Shown one piece after another: positions 27,216 to 37,647 of a stretch of 64,000 nucleotides of DNA. Origin of the DNA: an uncultured Acidobacteriota bacterium (lineage in GTDB: Bacteria; Acidobacteriota; Vicinamibacteria; Vicinamibacterales; UBA823). The notes under the pieces were generated by a model. It made no database searches and was not told where the DNA came from. It was given only the letters and a program-made list of their open reading frames with translations. Location: contig CAJXDY010000008.1 of the NCBI GenBank assembly GCA_913052135.1, positions 161 through 64,160 on the forward strand, written 5' to 3'. A program made the translations under genes and the position numbers. How positions within the stretch are numbered: position 1 is the first letter of the stretch; the number at the start of each line of letters is the position of its first letter.

Positions 27216-28867
27216 TGTTGAGTCTGTGTGATATCCAGCCTCGCTTGTTTGCTAACGCGCTCTGGTGTGTCGTGCTGGTGCTGGGTTGCAATAATCCAGT
27301 CAGCCTTGATGAGTCCAAGAACGCCAGTCAGATCGAAACCACCAACGCTCGCCCGAACATTCTGTTACTCGTTGCCGACGACATGGGGTACACCGATCTT
27401 GGATCGTTTGGTAGTGAGATTCCGACACCGAATTTGGATGCTCTGGCGTTTGATGGCGTGCGCTTTGTGAACTTCCACGCTGCGCCCAGTTGTGCGCCGA
27501 CTCGGGCCATGCTGATGTCAGGGCTGACCGGTGGTGAAGCAGGCGTGACGGACACCCTGTCTCCCGTGTTGTCAAACGACGTCGCAGCTTTACCTGCGCT
27601 CCTTCAGGATGTGGGTTACCGCACCTACATGGCCGGTAAATGGCATCTTGGCATTGAACACGACCAGAGTCCGACCGCCCGAGGGTTCGATGCCTCGTTC
27701 GCATTGGTCCGAGGTGGGGACAGTCACTTGGGAGCTAGTCATTTTGCACCTCAGACGGTGGCCTATCGTGAAAACGGTCAACTCGTCCAAGTTCCTGCTG
27801 ACTGGTTTTCAAGCAGGCTCTACACAGACAAACTCATCGAGATGATTCGTTCTGGCGAAGATAACCCAAGCCCGTGGTTCGGGTACTTGGCGTTTACCGC
27901 ACCACATTGGCCATTGCAGGTACCGGCGAACTGGCGAGATCGGTCAGCCGACCGTTACGATGGGGGATACGACCTCCTACGAGCAGCTCGCATCAACCGC
28001 GCCCGGGAGCTTGGAATTATCCCAGATACCACCAGTGTCGAGGACTACGTCGGTCTTGCACCGGCTTGGGAGGACTTGGATGCCGAAGCGCGTCAGAAGA
28101 ACGCACGGGCGATGGAGTTGTATGCGGCCATGGTCGAAAACATGGACTACCATGTTGGTCGTCTCTTGGAGTATCTGCGAACAACCAACCAGTTCGACAA
28201 CACAGTGATTCTCTTCTTCTCCGACAACGGTGCGTCTGGTTCCGATTCCAGTTTCCGACCGAGAATGCCTTGGAAGCCGGACCTCGCTTGGAATAACAGT
28301 TTGCCCAATATGGGTCAGGCAGGATCGTTTGTCGCCATTGGGCGGGGATGGGCAGAAGCGACGACAGCCCCATATCGTGATGTTAAAGGATCGCTGTACG
28401 AAGGTGGTACACGGGCTGCAGCCTTTATGCATCATGAGTCGTTCCTGCATGGTGGGAACATCGATCGTGGGTATCTGACGGTGATGGATGTACTCCCAAC
28501 GTTGCTCGAGATTGGTGGAACGGTGCATCCCGGTACTGAATTTCAAGGCCGCTCCGTCCTTCCCATCCGAGGACGGTCATTTTGGGCACGAGTGCAAGGC
28601 CGGGCGGAACCAGTGCACGGTGACAACGACGTCATACCGTGGATGAGTTCGTCCCCGAGATCTCAAGGTGCGCGAGCGGCTCTCGTGCGAGGAGACTGGA
28701 AAATTTTGCGAGAGCGAGAACCCTCCAGTGTCCCTGAGACCGCACCTATGTGGAGGTTGTATCACTTGGCGACCGACCCAGGAGAGACAACTGATGTGGC
28801 GGCGCAGTGGCCCGACATTCTAGAAGAATTAATTGCGCTGTGGGATGTCTACGAGGCAGGACTGTAG
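27215..28867 (+). CDS. Lipoprotein arylsulfatase (Cys-type, formylglycine-dependent)
   Basis: The start overlaps the upstream stop (TAATG at 27213-27217). The lipobox is VLVLGC. The protein has NILLLVADDMGYTD and the sulfatase signature SCAPTRAMLMSG (CxPxR). Confidence 0.9.
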   Translation: MLSLCDIQPRLFANALWCVVLVLGCNNPVSLDESKNASQIETTNARPNILLLVADDMGYTDLGSFGSEIPTPNLDALAFDGVRFVNFHAAPSCAPTRAMLMSGLTGGEAGVTDTLSPVLSNDVAALPALLQDVGYRTYMAGKWHLGIEHDQSPTARGFDASFALVRGGDSHLGASHFAPQTVAYRENGQLVQVPADWFSSRLYTDKLIEMIRSGEDNPSPWFGYLAFTAPHWPLQVPANWRDRSADRYDGGYDLLRAARINRARELGIIPDTTSVEDYVGLAPAWEDLDAEARQKNARAMELYAAMVENMDYHVGRLLEYLRTTNQFDNTVILFFSDNGASGSDSSFRPRMPWKPDLAWNNSLPNMGQAGSFVAIGRGWAEATTAPYRDVKGSLYEGGTRAAAFMHHESFLHGGNIDRGYLTVMDVLPTLLEIGGTVHPGTEFQGRSVLPIRGRSFWARVQGRAEPVHGDNDVIPWMSSSPRSQGARAALVRGDWKILREREPSSVPETAPMWRLYHLATDPGETTDVAAQWPDILEELIALWDVYEAGL

Positions 28868-28897
28868 CGTAACATTTGTAGTAGGAGACATATTTTT

Positions 28898-30289
28898 GTG
28901 AGACGGACAAAAATTATCGCGACGATTGGACCCGCAAGTGACACCGACGAGGCAGTCGATGCCCTGATAGCAGCTGGTGTCGACATCTTTCGGATTAACT
29001 TTTCTCATGGCGATCGCGCAACCCAGCAACGAATGTATGAACGTATTCGTGCCGCAGCGGACCGGGCTGGTCAGTTGGTCGCTATTATGCAGGATCTGGC
29101 TGGTCCGAAAATTCGTACAGGTCAATTGAATGAAGGCAATGCTGTGCGGTTACAGGAAGGCGCGACGCTGCGCATCGCTACTGGAGAATTTGTGGGTACG
29201 GCGGACCGCCTCTCTACCACCTTTGCTGGTCTGGCGAAAGCGGTGACGGCTGGGACACGTTTATTACTTGACGATGGGCGTATTGAACTCCGTGTGTGTG
29301 ACAGTGATGGGTCTGAAGTTGTCACCGAAGTGGTCCATGGTGGCGTGCTAGGAGAGCACAAAGGCATTAATGCGCCTGGTGTCGAGCTCGCGGCCTCGGC
29401 ACTCACGGAAAAGGATGTCGACGATCTGAAATTTGGCGTGAGTCTTGGTGTTGATTTCGCGGCAGTGAGCTTTGTCCAAACGGCAGAGGACTTACAACGC
29501 GCGCGCGAGGTGGCGGGATCGGCCGTGGCACTGGTCGCGAAGATCGAACGTCCTCAGGCGGTAGAACGATTCAGCGAGATTCTAGAGGTGGCGGACGCGG
29601 TTATGGTGGCGCGCGGTGATCTCGGGTTGGAGATTCCTCTGGAACATGTCCCCCGAGTGCAAAAGGAATTGACCCAGCAGGCCCGATCCGTTGGGATTCC
29701 AGTGATTGTTGCGACACAGGTACTCGATACCATGCGATTCGAGCCACGCCCAACGAGGGCTGAGGTGAATGATGCGGCGAATGCGGTCTACGATGGAGTG
29801 GATGCCATCATGCTGGCAGGCGAAACCGCAGTCGGTGAATTTCCTGTGCTGACAGTTGACACACTTGCCTCGGTGATCGTCGATGCTGAGAGTGTGCCGC
29901 CGACGGCGCAGCCTTCTCCAAGTACGCCGGGTCAACATCATGGTCGTGCGCTTTGTGAAGCCGCTCTGAAACTGGCGACGTCGTTTCGGGCGGCCGTGAT
30001 TGTAGCGGTAACTCGCCACGGTGCAACGGCGCAACAACTGGCAGCGCTCAGACCACCAGTACCAATTTTTGCCGTGACCGATGATCCCGCGATTGCGCGC
30101 CGACTCACGTTGTCCTGGGGTGTAGCATCCTCTATTTTAGGTGCGTCCGAGTTAGACACAGGCTCAATTCAGCAAACACTCTTGCGGCAAGAAACCCTAC
30201 GGTCGGGTGATACCGTTGTCTTTGTTAGAGTCCATTCCGATCTGACGCTGGCCGCTGGAAATTTGCTTCAACTGCAAACACTTCCATAA
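28898..30289 (+). CDS. pyk: Pyruvate kinase
   Basis: 463-aa ORF with a GTG start after AGGAG. Family blocks are MRRTKIIATIGPAS, FRINFSHG, VMVARGDLGLEIP and MLAGETA. Confidence 0.9.
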   Translation: MRRTKIIATIGPASDTDEAVDALIAAGVDIFRINFSHGDRATQQRMYERIRAAADRAGQLVAIMQDLAGPKIRTGQLNEGNAVRLQEGATLRIATGEFVGTADRLSTTFAGLAKAVTAGTRLLLDDGRIELRVCDSDGSEVVTEVVHGGVLGEHKGINAPGVELAASALTEKDVDDLKFGVSLGVDFAAVSFVQTAEDLQRAREVAGSAVALVAKIERPQAVERFSEILEVADAVMVARGDLGLEIPLEHVPRVQKELTQQARSVGIPVIVATQVLDTMRFEPRPTRAEVNDAANAVYDGVDAIMLAGETAVGEFPVLTVDTLASVIVDAESVPPTAQPSPSTPGQHHGRALCEAALKLATSFRAAVIVAVTRHGATAQQLAALRPPVPIFAVTDDPAIARRLTLSWGVASSILGASELDTGSIQQTLLRQETLRSGDTVVFVRVHSDLTLAAGNLLQLQTLP

Positions 30290-30326
30290 CGCACGTGACA
30301 AGCTGATTTACACACCGGGGGGAGCA

Positions 30327-30710
30327 GTGGCGTATTGGTTGGGATTGCTCGCGGATATTGTAGTCGTCGCCCATATGGCTTTTGTGATCTTTGTGGTGGT
30401 TGGGGGGTTAGCCGTATATTGGCGGCCATGGGTTTTGTGGGTGCATATACCAGCCGTTCTTTGGGGTGTCAGTATTGAGTGGGCTGGCGCAGTCTGTCCG
30501 TTGACACTGGTGGAGAACTGGCTAAGAAATCAGGCGGGCGAGGCCGGCTATGCTGGTGACTTTATTCAACAGTATCTATTGCCGACACTGTATCCCGCAG
30601 ATTTGACGCGGGAGATTCAAATTGTGTTGGGCGCGGCAGCTCTCGGGATCAACATCGGTGTGTACTTCTCGCTGTGGAGTCGGCGGCGTTGCGATTCTAT
30701 TGGACCATAG
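30327..30710 (+). CDS. DUF2784-like small membrane protein
   Basis: 127-aa ORF with four hydrophobic segments and a WVHIPAVLWGVSIEWAGAVCPLT block resembling DUF2784. Confidence 0.55.
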   Translation: MAYWLGLLADIVVVAHMAFVIFVVVGGLAVYWRPWVLWVHIPAVLWGVSIEWAGAVCPLTLVENWLRNQAGEAGYAGDFIQQYLLPTLYPADLTREIQIVLGAAALGINIGVYFSLWSRRRCDSIGP

Positions 30711-30765
30711 CTTCGTTTAATCACGCATTGCGACTAGGACAGAAGCCGCCGGCGAGTACCACAGG

Positions 30766-31938
30766 TTATTGCTTGCCAAGCGTGGGACCTCCCGTGTCAA
30801 CCTGATTGGGCACTCGGTCGGCTGCAGCAGGCAAGGGTGGAAAAGGTGCGTGTGGTTCGTCTTGGTACCAATATGCCACCGTGTACCAATTATCTGCCCG
30901 ATGGTTACCGTGTCCGTGCTCCATGGTGACACGAATGGAATCCTGGAAGGCGACCGGTGACTCGGTGTGATGGCGGTAGACCATCCATTCAGCTCCGCGG
31001 TTGTCTCCGCCATTCATCGGATTACCGTAACGCTGGAACGCGAATGTGGGTTTGGCGTGTCCAAACGGGTTGATACCACAGCCGCCGTAACACCAGGCGC
31101 CTAGGTAGTAATCCTCAGAGCCGGTTCCAAGAATCTGTGGTGCAGTGGCACCATCAATGAAGATCATTTCGTCGCCAGCTCCCCACCAGTCGCCCTGATT
31201 TTGTAAGATGCTGTGGGTGACGCCAACGTAGTGCCCGCGTCCTTCGGTTTCAAGGATGACGTAGTTGTCTTCACCGTTGAGGTTGGCGTTGTCTGCAATA
31301 ATGGGATCCATAGTCAAATTCCAGTCAGTCGTCCAGACTTCTGGTGGGGCAGCCTGTCGGTACTGTGCGTGAAAATATGCCAAGTTGTCGTCCAGACTCA
31401 GATGTTTCTCGTAATCGATGTTGTAGTAGTACGCGCTAATTGGCTGTTCACCTTCATTGGTTACTGTAATCCTCGCGGACTCATGAAATGGCATTGGGAA
31501 GAATGTGTTGAGTGCCTTCAACGCTCCGACGGACAAGAGGGATGATTCGTAGACAAAGTACTGGCCGAGGCCAAGGCCGAAGAAGTCGCCGATGGGTGCT
31601 TCCACGCTCGGCTCGGTTTCGCCATCCCAGTACATGCGGAGTACGATTTTTTTCAAGTGATACCACTCTGGGGAGTCGAGCGTAATCCAGATATGGCTGA
31701 TGATAGCCGGCCCTTCGATTTCAGCCATGATCCGGGTTTCTCCTGGACCGATGGGATTGATGCGCCCACCGTCGTCGTTGCGACCGGAGCGATCGTAACT
31801 GGACACGCGATGGTTTTCGTAACTGCGGAACCGAGCGAGGTCGCTCAACTCATTACCCACCGGCTGCGCCTCTGCCAGGTGGACCGACACAATGAGCACG
31901 GCGAGTATCAGGTGTCCGTACGTTCGTGCATAGATCAT
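30766..31938 (-). CDS. Secreted DUF2961 / GH172-family protein
   Basis: 390-aa ORF with a signal peptide. It has the RVSSYDRSGRNDDGG block characteristic of DUF2961 and double-jelly-roll-like beta-rich sequence. Confidence 0.75.
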   Translation of the reverse strand: MIYARTYGHLILAVLIVSVHLAEAQPVGNELSDLARFRSYENHRVSSYDRSGRNDDGGRINPIGPGETRIMAEIEGPAIISHIWITLDSPEWYHLKKIVLRMYWDGETEPSVEAPIGDFFGLGLGQYFVYESSLLSVGALKALNTFFPMPFHESARITVTNEGEQPISAYYYNIDYEKHLSLDDNLAYFHAQYRQAAPPEVWTTDWNLTMDPIIADNANLNGEDNYVILETEGRGHYVGVTHSILQNQGDWWGAGDEMIFIDGATAPQILGTGSEDYYLGAWCYGGCGINPFGHAKPTFAFQRYGNPMNGGDNRGAEWMVYRHHTESPVAFQDSIRVTMEHGHGNHRADNWYTVAYWYQDEPHAPFPPLPAAADRVPNQVDTGGPTLGKQ

Positions 31939-32065
31939 GGTCAGAGTCCTTCCTTGGTTCGATACTAATAAATAAATGGGCTTTTGAATTTCACTTGCGT
32001 GGACGTCACGGAGTTGATAGTACCACGGGAAGAATCAATTCCCGAGACGGAGGAGGAGGAGTGTA

Positions 32066-33751
32066 ATGCGCACAGCAAGAGAGAGTACTTGGCGAGTAAC
32101 GTGCCGTAAACCGTTCGTACGGCGACTCGCTCTGCTCGGCGCCCTGTTGCTGATAGTCGCTGGTTCGATGTTGCTGAAGTCTGAGACGATTGCCTTTTGG
32201 CAGGTTGGTAGTGGGACTGGACGCCTGACGATGACGATTGTCGACGATACAACAGGAGTTTCCACTCCGGTTCGCATTCAGTTGACCAATGTGCAGGGTG
32301 AACCTGTGGTCCCACCGGATAACGCACTCGCCGTCATGTGGGGCCGGTTCGATGCGGCAGAGGATTTCGCCTCGTTACCAAACGGTGACTTTTATACGGA
32401 AGGTGCGTTTGAGTTAACGTTGCCGGCAGGGATCTATCAGTTGAGGATCTCGAAAGGGTATGAGTACCTCGAACAGGAACATGAAGTCGTCATTGCGCCG
32501 GACGAAGAGGTTCTGGAAACCTACCGGATGGCCCGTTGGGTAGACATGCCGTCGCGCGGCTGGGTATCGGCAGACGGTCACATTCATCTTCGACGGTCGC
32601 CACGCGATAACTCGTCAATTCTCGGGTGGATTGCGGCTGAGGATCTGCAGGTAGGTACTCTTCTGCAGATGGGTGACTTTTGGGCGACCTATTACTCACA
32701 GTATGCGTGGGGCCTCGACGGGGTCTATCACGTGGAAGACCGTTTGTTGGCGTCGGGGCAGGAAGACCCTCGGACGCACGAGCGGGGGCATACGATCTCA
32801 TTAGCTGCTGATGACTTCGTACGCCTCGAGGATCCTGCACTCAGCCAGGGTCCGAGTGGGTATTATTATTATGATCAGGTGTTTGACCGGATTCATGAAC
32901 TGGGTGGTATGACGGGCTATGCGCACCAAGCCGTAACATTTCATGGCTATCGTGGTCTGACGCTCGACGTCCTTCGCGATAAAGTCGATTTCTTGGAGTT
33001 GTTGCAGTTCTGCGCGGCAGACGGGCCTCTCCATACGAACCATTATTATCATTTCCTCAATCTTGGGTTTGAGTTGACCGCAACGGCCGGATCGGATTTT
33101 CCGTGGTGTGGTCGATCTCCGAATAGTGCCGATTCGAGAATCGGCGACGCACGTTTTTACGCCTACGTGGGCGATGAGTTCACTTTCGAGACTTGGCGCG
33201 AGAGTGTGCGTGACGGGCACACCTTTGTTACCAGTGGTCCGATCGTTGAATTGACAGTCAACGAAGCAATGCCTGGTGACCGAGTTGATGTGGCATCCGG
33301 GTCGACGCTCAGAATTACCGCGCGCGCTCAAGGGCATGCCACGCAGATCCCATTGGAGGAGCTTGAGATTGTGGCTCACGGAGCAGTCATCGAATCGGTG
33401 TCAGCTCGCGATCCGAATCAGTCGTCAGAACGTCTTGCGGTGACCATGAGTCTCCCGGTGGATCACGGTGTCTGGATTGCCGCCCGCACGAGAGCTGGCC
33501 CGACGCAAATAGCGCATTCAACGCCAGTGTATGTGACCGTGTCGGGTTCAGGCTTTCACAGTCCGGACACGCTTGAGGAGTATCTTGATTTAAGCGGGCA
33601 GTATCTCGATGAACTGCAGGAAGAAATTGCTCAGCCGAACGATTCACTTGACCATCTAGCTTGGCGAGATCGTGACGGATTGGAAGAACAGATTGCCGAA
33701 ACCCGAGAGGTGATTGCAAAACTTCGGCGGGAACTCGGCGACGGAGAATAA
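32066..33751 (+). CDS. CehA/McbA-like PHP-domain metallohydrolase with an N-terminal beta-sandwich
   Basis: 561-aa ORF preceded by RBS GGAGGAGGAGGAG, with an N-terminal anchor. It carries VRIQLTNVQGEPVVP (carboxypeptidase-regulatory-like) and then GWVSADGHIHLRRSP (PHP-type HxH). The assignment is tentative. Confidence 0.5.
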   Translation: MRTARESTWRVTCRKPFVRRLALLGALLLIVAGSMLLKSETIAFWQVGSGTGRLTMTIVDDTTGVSTPVRIQLTNVQGEPVVPPDNALAVMWGRFDAAEDFASLPNGDFYTEGAFELTLPAGIYQLRISKGYEYLEQEHEVVIAPDEEVLETYRMARWVDMPSRGWVSADGHIHLRRSPRDNSSILGWIAAEDLQVGTLLQMGDFWATYYSQYAWGLDGVYHVEDRLLASGQEDPRTHERGHTISLAADDFVRLEDPALSQGPSGYYYYDQVFDRIHELGGMTGYAHQAVTFHGYRGLTLDVLRDKVDFLELLQFCAADGPLHTNHYYHFLNLGFELTATAGSDFPWCGRSPNSADSRIGDARFYAYVGDEFTFETWRESVRDGHTFVTSGPIVELTVNEAMPGDRVDVASGSTLRITARAQGHATQIPLEELEIVAHGAVIESVSARDPNQSSERLAVTMSLPVDHGVWIAARTRAGPTQIAHSTPVYVTVSGSGFHSPDTLEEYLDLSGQYLDELQEEIAQPNDSLDHLAWRDRDGLEEQIAETREVIAKLRRELGDGE

Positions 33752-33794
33752 TTTGGTACGTCGAATTACGTTCGCGAGGCAATAAAGGTGGCGC

Positions 33795-34700
33795 ATGGAA
33801 CCTGACACAAGACATTTCGGTATCCTGTCAAAAGTTGCTTTCCCGGCGACGATGTTAGGTGCTTTCGCGGTAAATGCCACGCTAGTGTCGATGGGATGGT
33901 CGATCCTGGGAGCTTCGTATGTTGCGGTCGTGTTGGCGGCAGCTGCCGTCACGTGTTTTGAGTTCGTCATTCCCTATGACAAATCCTGGCAACCGCGGTG
34001 GACCGATGTAAAGAATGACCTATTGTTCATGGTTACGATTCAGATGGTGCTCCCGCAAGTACTCGGATTGGTGGTGGCATTGACGGCGCTTGGATACTTC
34101 GACTCTCTCGATTGGTCGCTCGGGCAAGTGTGGCCTAGCCAGTGGCCGTTGATTCTTCAAGTAGCTTTGATGCTCTTGACGGCCGAACTGTTTCGGTACC
34201 CGCTGCATGTCGCGGCGCATAACACCAAAACCCTGTGGCGACTTCACGCAGTGCATCATTCACCCAAGAAGCTCTACTGGCTCAATGTTGGGCGGTTTCA
34301 TCCTGTCGAAAAGGCACTGCAGTATTCGCTCGACACCCTGCCGTTTTTGTTGGTTGGTGTCGGTGGGGATGTTGTCGCCCTCTATTTTCTCTTCTATGCA
34401 ATCAACGGCTTTTACCAGCATTCCAATGTTGATGTCTGTTACGGGCCTCTCAATTATTTAGTGAGTGGACCTGAATTGCATCGTTGGCACCATTCGAAGC
34501 TGGTGGATGAATCGAATCGCAACTACGGCAATAACCTGATTGTCTGGGACCTTCTGTTTGGCACTTGGTTCTTACCAAAACGTATGCGGGTCGGCAAGTT
34601 AGGTCTCTTTAATCGTGATTACCCGTTGGACTTTGTCGGCCAGATGACGGCACCTCTAACCCCGGGTCTCGACAAGCAGTCACCACCTCATGATCGCTAA
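33795..34700 (+). CDS. Membrane fatty acid hydroxylase / sterol desaturase superfamily (di-iron His-box enzyme)
   Basis: 301-aa polytopic ORF with His boxes HVAAH, HAVHH and HRWHH, plus a YQHSN block. Confidence 0.8.
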   Translation: MEPDTRHFGILSKVAFPATMLGAFAVNATLVSMGWSILGASYVAVVLAAAAVTCFEFVIPYDKSWQPRWTDVKNDLLFMVTIQMVLPQVLGLVVALTALGYFDSLDWSLGQVWPSQWPLILQVALMLLTAELFRYPLHVAAHNTKTLWRLHAVHHSPKKLYWLNVGRFHPVEKALQYSLDTLPFLLVGVGGDVVALYFLFYAINGFYQHSNVDVCYGPLNYLVSGPELHRWHHSKLVDESNRNYGNNLIVWDLLFGTWFLPKRMRVGKLGLFNRDYPLDFVGQMTAPLTPGLDKQSPPHDR

Positions 34701-36381
34701 TACGTTGCTCAATTGCGCACTCTGGGTGCGCATGCAAATCCTTTGGTGGACTCATTGGCGACCGTTCGTGCACGCGGCCAAACATCCGGGACAGATTCAG
34801 CGTGCGTTGTTACAGCAACTCTTGCGTCGTAACACTACGACGCGATTTGGGCGTGAGCATCGCCTAAACACAGTGAGCAACTACGATGACTTTATCGGCG
34901 CAGTTCCGGTGCAAACTTATGAGACCCTGCGTCCCTATATTGAGGACCAAGAGCAGACTGGCGAACCGGCGCTTAACATTGCGCAGCCGGTTATGTACGC
35001 GAAGACGAGTGGAACGACTGGGCAAGCGAAGTTGATTCCGATTCTTCCGGCGACCCTCCAGGAACATAAGCGGAGCCAAGCCATCCAATCGTACGTGCAG
35101 TTTACGACCGAGCCGCGTGCCTACTATGGACGCTGTGTCGCAATCGTCAGTCCAGCTGAAGAAGGAACGCTCGACACTGGCACACCGTATGGCTCTACCT
35201 CGGGGTTCATGTACCAGAACATGCCAAGACTAGCCAAGGTGAAGTACGTGTTGCCGTATCAGGTGTTTGAAATCGAAGACTATGATCTCAAGTATCTTCT
35301 TATTTTACGACTTGGTGTTGCATACCGTGACGTGACGCATCTCGCGTGCGCGAATCCATCTACCTTAGTTAAGCTGCTCGCTGTTCTTGCAGCCAATCGC
35401 ACCTCATTGTTGCGCGACATCACGCAGCAAACGTTTTCTCGGATCGACGAGCTGCCGGTCGACGTGCAGGCGGTCATTCGTCCACAGTTGTCGTGTACGC
35501 CGCGTCGCGTCACCGAACTGCAGACGATTCTCACGTTGCCGCAGCCGACATTCGCCGATCTTTGGCCCGAGTTGCAGATGGTGTCTACGTGGACTGGGGG
35601 AAGTTGTGGTATTCCGCTGGCACGTGTGCGTCCAACCCTCCCACCGACTGCACGCGTGGCCGAGTTGGGTTATTTAGCGAGTGAACTCCGAGGGACACTG
35701 ATGGTTGACTTAAAGCGGAACATTGGCATTCCGACCATCCATGAAAACTTTTTCGAGTTTGTCGAACGTGAGGATTGGGATGCAGGCCGTCAGGCGTTCC
35801 TTACGATTGATCAACTCACCGAGGGCAAGGAGTACTATATTTTTCCGACGACCGGGGCTGGCCTCTATCGCTATTTCATGAATGATATCGTGCGCGTCAC
35901 CGGGTTGTTTTACAACACGCCGACGATTGAGTTTGTGCAAAAAGGGAAGGGCGTAACAAATATTACCGGGGAAAAACTGTATGAAAGTCAGGTGATTGCT
36001 GCAGTACGAACCGCTGAAGATGCTACCGGATTCGTATCGGGATTTTTTCTTATGTTCGCCGATGCTGTCCAAGAACGCTATCGTCTCGTGGTGGAATGTG
36101 CCACGCCGACGGACAGCTGGGTACAGCAAACAGTTGAGTCGGTTGAACGGCACCTTATGGCCGGCAACGTCGAATATGCAGCCAAGCGGGCGAGTGGACG
36201 CCTACAGCCACTGGAATTGCTTCCGGTCCGCTCCGGAACGGGCGACGCTTATAAGCAGCACTGTCTCCAGCAGGGACAACGGGAAGGGCAATTTAAACTG
36301 ATCGCTCTCCAGTATCAAGCGGACTGCCCGTTTCCTTTCGCTGAGTTCCGGGCGGACCTTACTACACCCTCGGTAGACTAG
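34690..36381 (+). CDS. GH3-family (auxin-responsive-promoter family) adenylating acyl-acid amido synthetase homolog
   Basis: 563-aa ORF. ATG 34690 overlaps the upstream gene by 11 nt. It has the GH3/ANL motif YAKTSGTTGQAKLIP, and TPYGSTSG, YRYFMNDIV and GEKL blocks in GH3 order. Confidence 0.8.
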   Translation: MIANTLLNCALWVRMQILWWTHWRPFVHAAKHPGQIQRALLQQLLRRNTTTRFGREHRLNTVSNYDDFIGAVPVQTYETLRPYIEDQEQTGEPALNIAQPVMYAKTSGTTGQAKLIPILPATLQEHKRSQAIQSYVQFTTEPRAYYGRCVAIVSPAEEGTLDTGTPYGSTSGFMYQNMPRLAKVKYVLPYQVFEIEDYDLKYLLILRLGVAYRDVTHLACANPSTLVKLLAVLAANRTSLLRDITQQTFSRIDELPVDVQAVIRPQLSCTPRRVTELQTILTLPQPTFADLWPELQMVSTWTGGSCGIPLARVRPTLPPTARVAELGYLASELRGTLMVDLKRNIGIPTIHENFFEFVEREDWDAGRQAFLTIDQLTEGKEYYIFPTTGAGLYRYFMNDIVRVTGLFYNTPTIEFVQKGKGVTNITGEKLYESQVIAAVRTAEDATGFVSGFFLMFADAVQERYRLVVECATPTDSWVQQTVESVERHLMAGNVEYAAKRASGRLQPLELLPVRSGTGDAYKQHCLQQGQREGQFKLIALQYQADCPFPFAEFRADLTTPSVD

Positions 36382-36383
36382 TT

Positions 36384-37508
36384 ATGCACCTTGCTCTCTT
36401 TCGAGTCGAGATTCCCTTTACGACGACCTTTACCCATAAGTCGGCTAGCCGTGCTGCGACCCAGAGCGTCTGGGTGGTCGCGCAGACTGGGCAGGTCATT
36501 GGCGTGGGCGAAGGGTGTCCTCGTGAGTACGTCACGGGAGAAAGTCTCGTGTCGGCGCAAGCATTTTTCGAGGAACATCGGGAGTCCCTCTGTCGCACGG
36601 TACAGTCCGTTGCGAACTTGCGTACCTGGGTGGACACCCATACGGCAATCATTGATGTGAACCCGGCAGCCTGGTGTGCGATGGAATTGGCGATGCTGGA
36701 AATGTTTGCGCGACGCGAGGGGGTACCAGTCGAGCGCGTGCTGGACTTGCCGACTACGACAGGGGCCTTTACGTATTCGGCGATCGTGAGCGACAGCGAG
36801 ACCGAACAGTTTCGGAGGACGGTGGCACAGTATCGGGCGATGGGGTTCGTCGATTTTAAATTAAAACTGTCTGACGATTTGAATCACAACCACGAGAAGA
36901 TTAAGAGTATGCGTACGGAGCATGAACAAACACCACTCCGGATTCGAGTTGATGCGAACAACCTTTGGGATGATGTCGACACGGCGGTACGAGATCTGAG
37001 AGAGTTGGCATGGGATTTCGTCGGGATTGAGGAACCATTGTCGCCGAACGCCTTTGACGGCATGCGCGAGGTATCGGAGTGTATGGGCTCCCCGATCATT
37101 CTGGACGAAAGCTTTCTGCGGGTCGACCAGGTCGCGGCACTTGCTCGGGATGCGGAGCGCTGGATCATCAATGTGCGTGTGTCCAAGATGGGTGGGCTGT
37201 TCCGGTCACTGGCAGTTGTTCAAGCCGCAGGCCAGGCCGGCATTCCTGTGATCGTGGGTGCGCAGGTTGGCGAGACAAGCGTGTTGACACGAGCTGCGCT
37301 GATTGTGGCGCGAGCAGCTGGGACCAATCTCGTGGCGCAAGAAGGAGCCTTCGGTACGCATCTGCTTCAGACGGACGTAGCGAACCCAGTCCTTATGTTT
37401 GGTGCAGGCGGTATCCTCAAGGCTGACGAGTATGCTTTAGCTACCGCCAGCGGGTGGGGACTCACGTTGTGGCCGACACAAGACTTTGCCGTGAGTTTGT
37501 CTGAATGA
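36384..37508 (+). CDS. Enolase-superfamily enzyme, MLE subgroup (racemase/epimerase/cycloisomerase)
   Basis: 374-aa ORF starting 2 nt after the GH3 stop. It has the KxK motif in DFKLKL, metal ligands in RVDANN, IEEP and ILDES, and the second catalytic Lys in VSKMGG. Confidence 0.8.
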   Translation: MHLALFRVEIPFTTTFTHKSASRAATQSVWVVAQTGQVIGVGEGCPREYVTGESLVSAQAFFEEHRESLCRTVQSVANLRTWVDTHTAIIDVNPAAWCAMELAMLEMFARREGVPVERVLDLPTTTGAFTYSAIVSDSETEQFRRTVAQYRAMGFVDFKLKLSDDLNHNHEKIKSMRTEHEQTPLRIRVDANNLWDDVDTAVRDLRELAWDFVGIEEPLSPNAFDGMREVSECMGSPIILDESFLRVDQVAALARDAERWIINVRVSKMGGLFRSLAVVQAAGQAGIPVIVGAQVGETSVLTRAALIVARAAGTNLVAQEGAFGTHLLQTDVANPVLMFGAGGILKADEYALATASGWGLTLWPTQDFAVSLSE

Positions 37509-37647
37509 CCAACTCACACGACCCCTGGAGTCATCTTGAAATCCTTGAATGCCAGCGGTACAGTGCTGAGTGGTCATCGTGGCCGGAGAGCATTGTGCCA
37601 ACACTGGCTGAACAGTCGCGTAACATTCGAGCAGCATTCCCAGTCAA

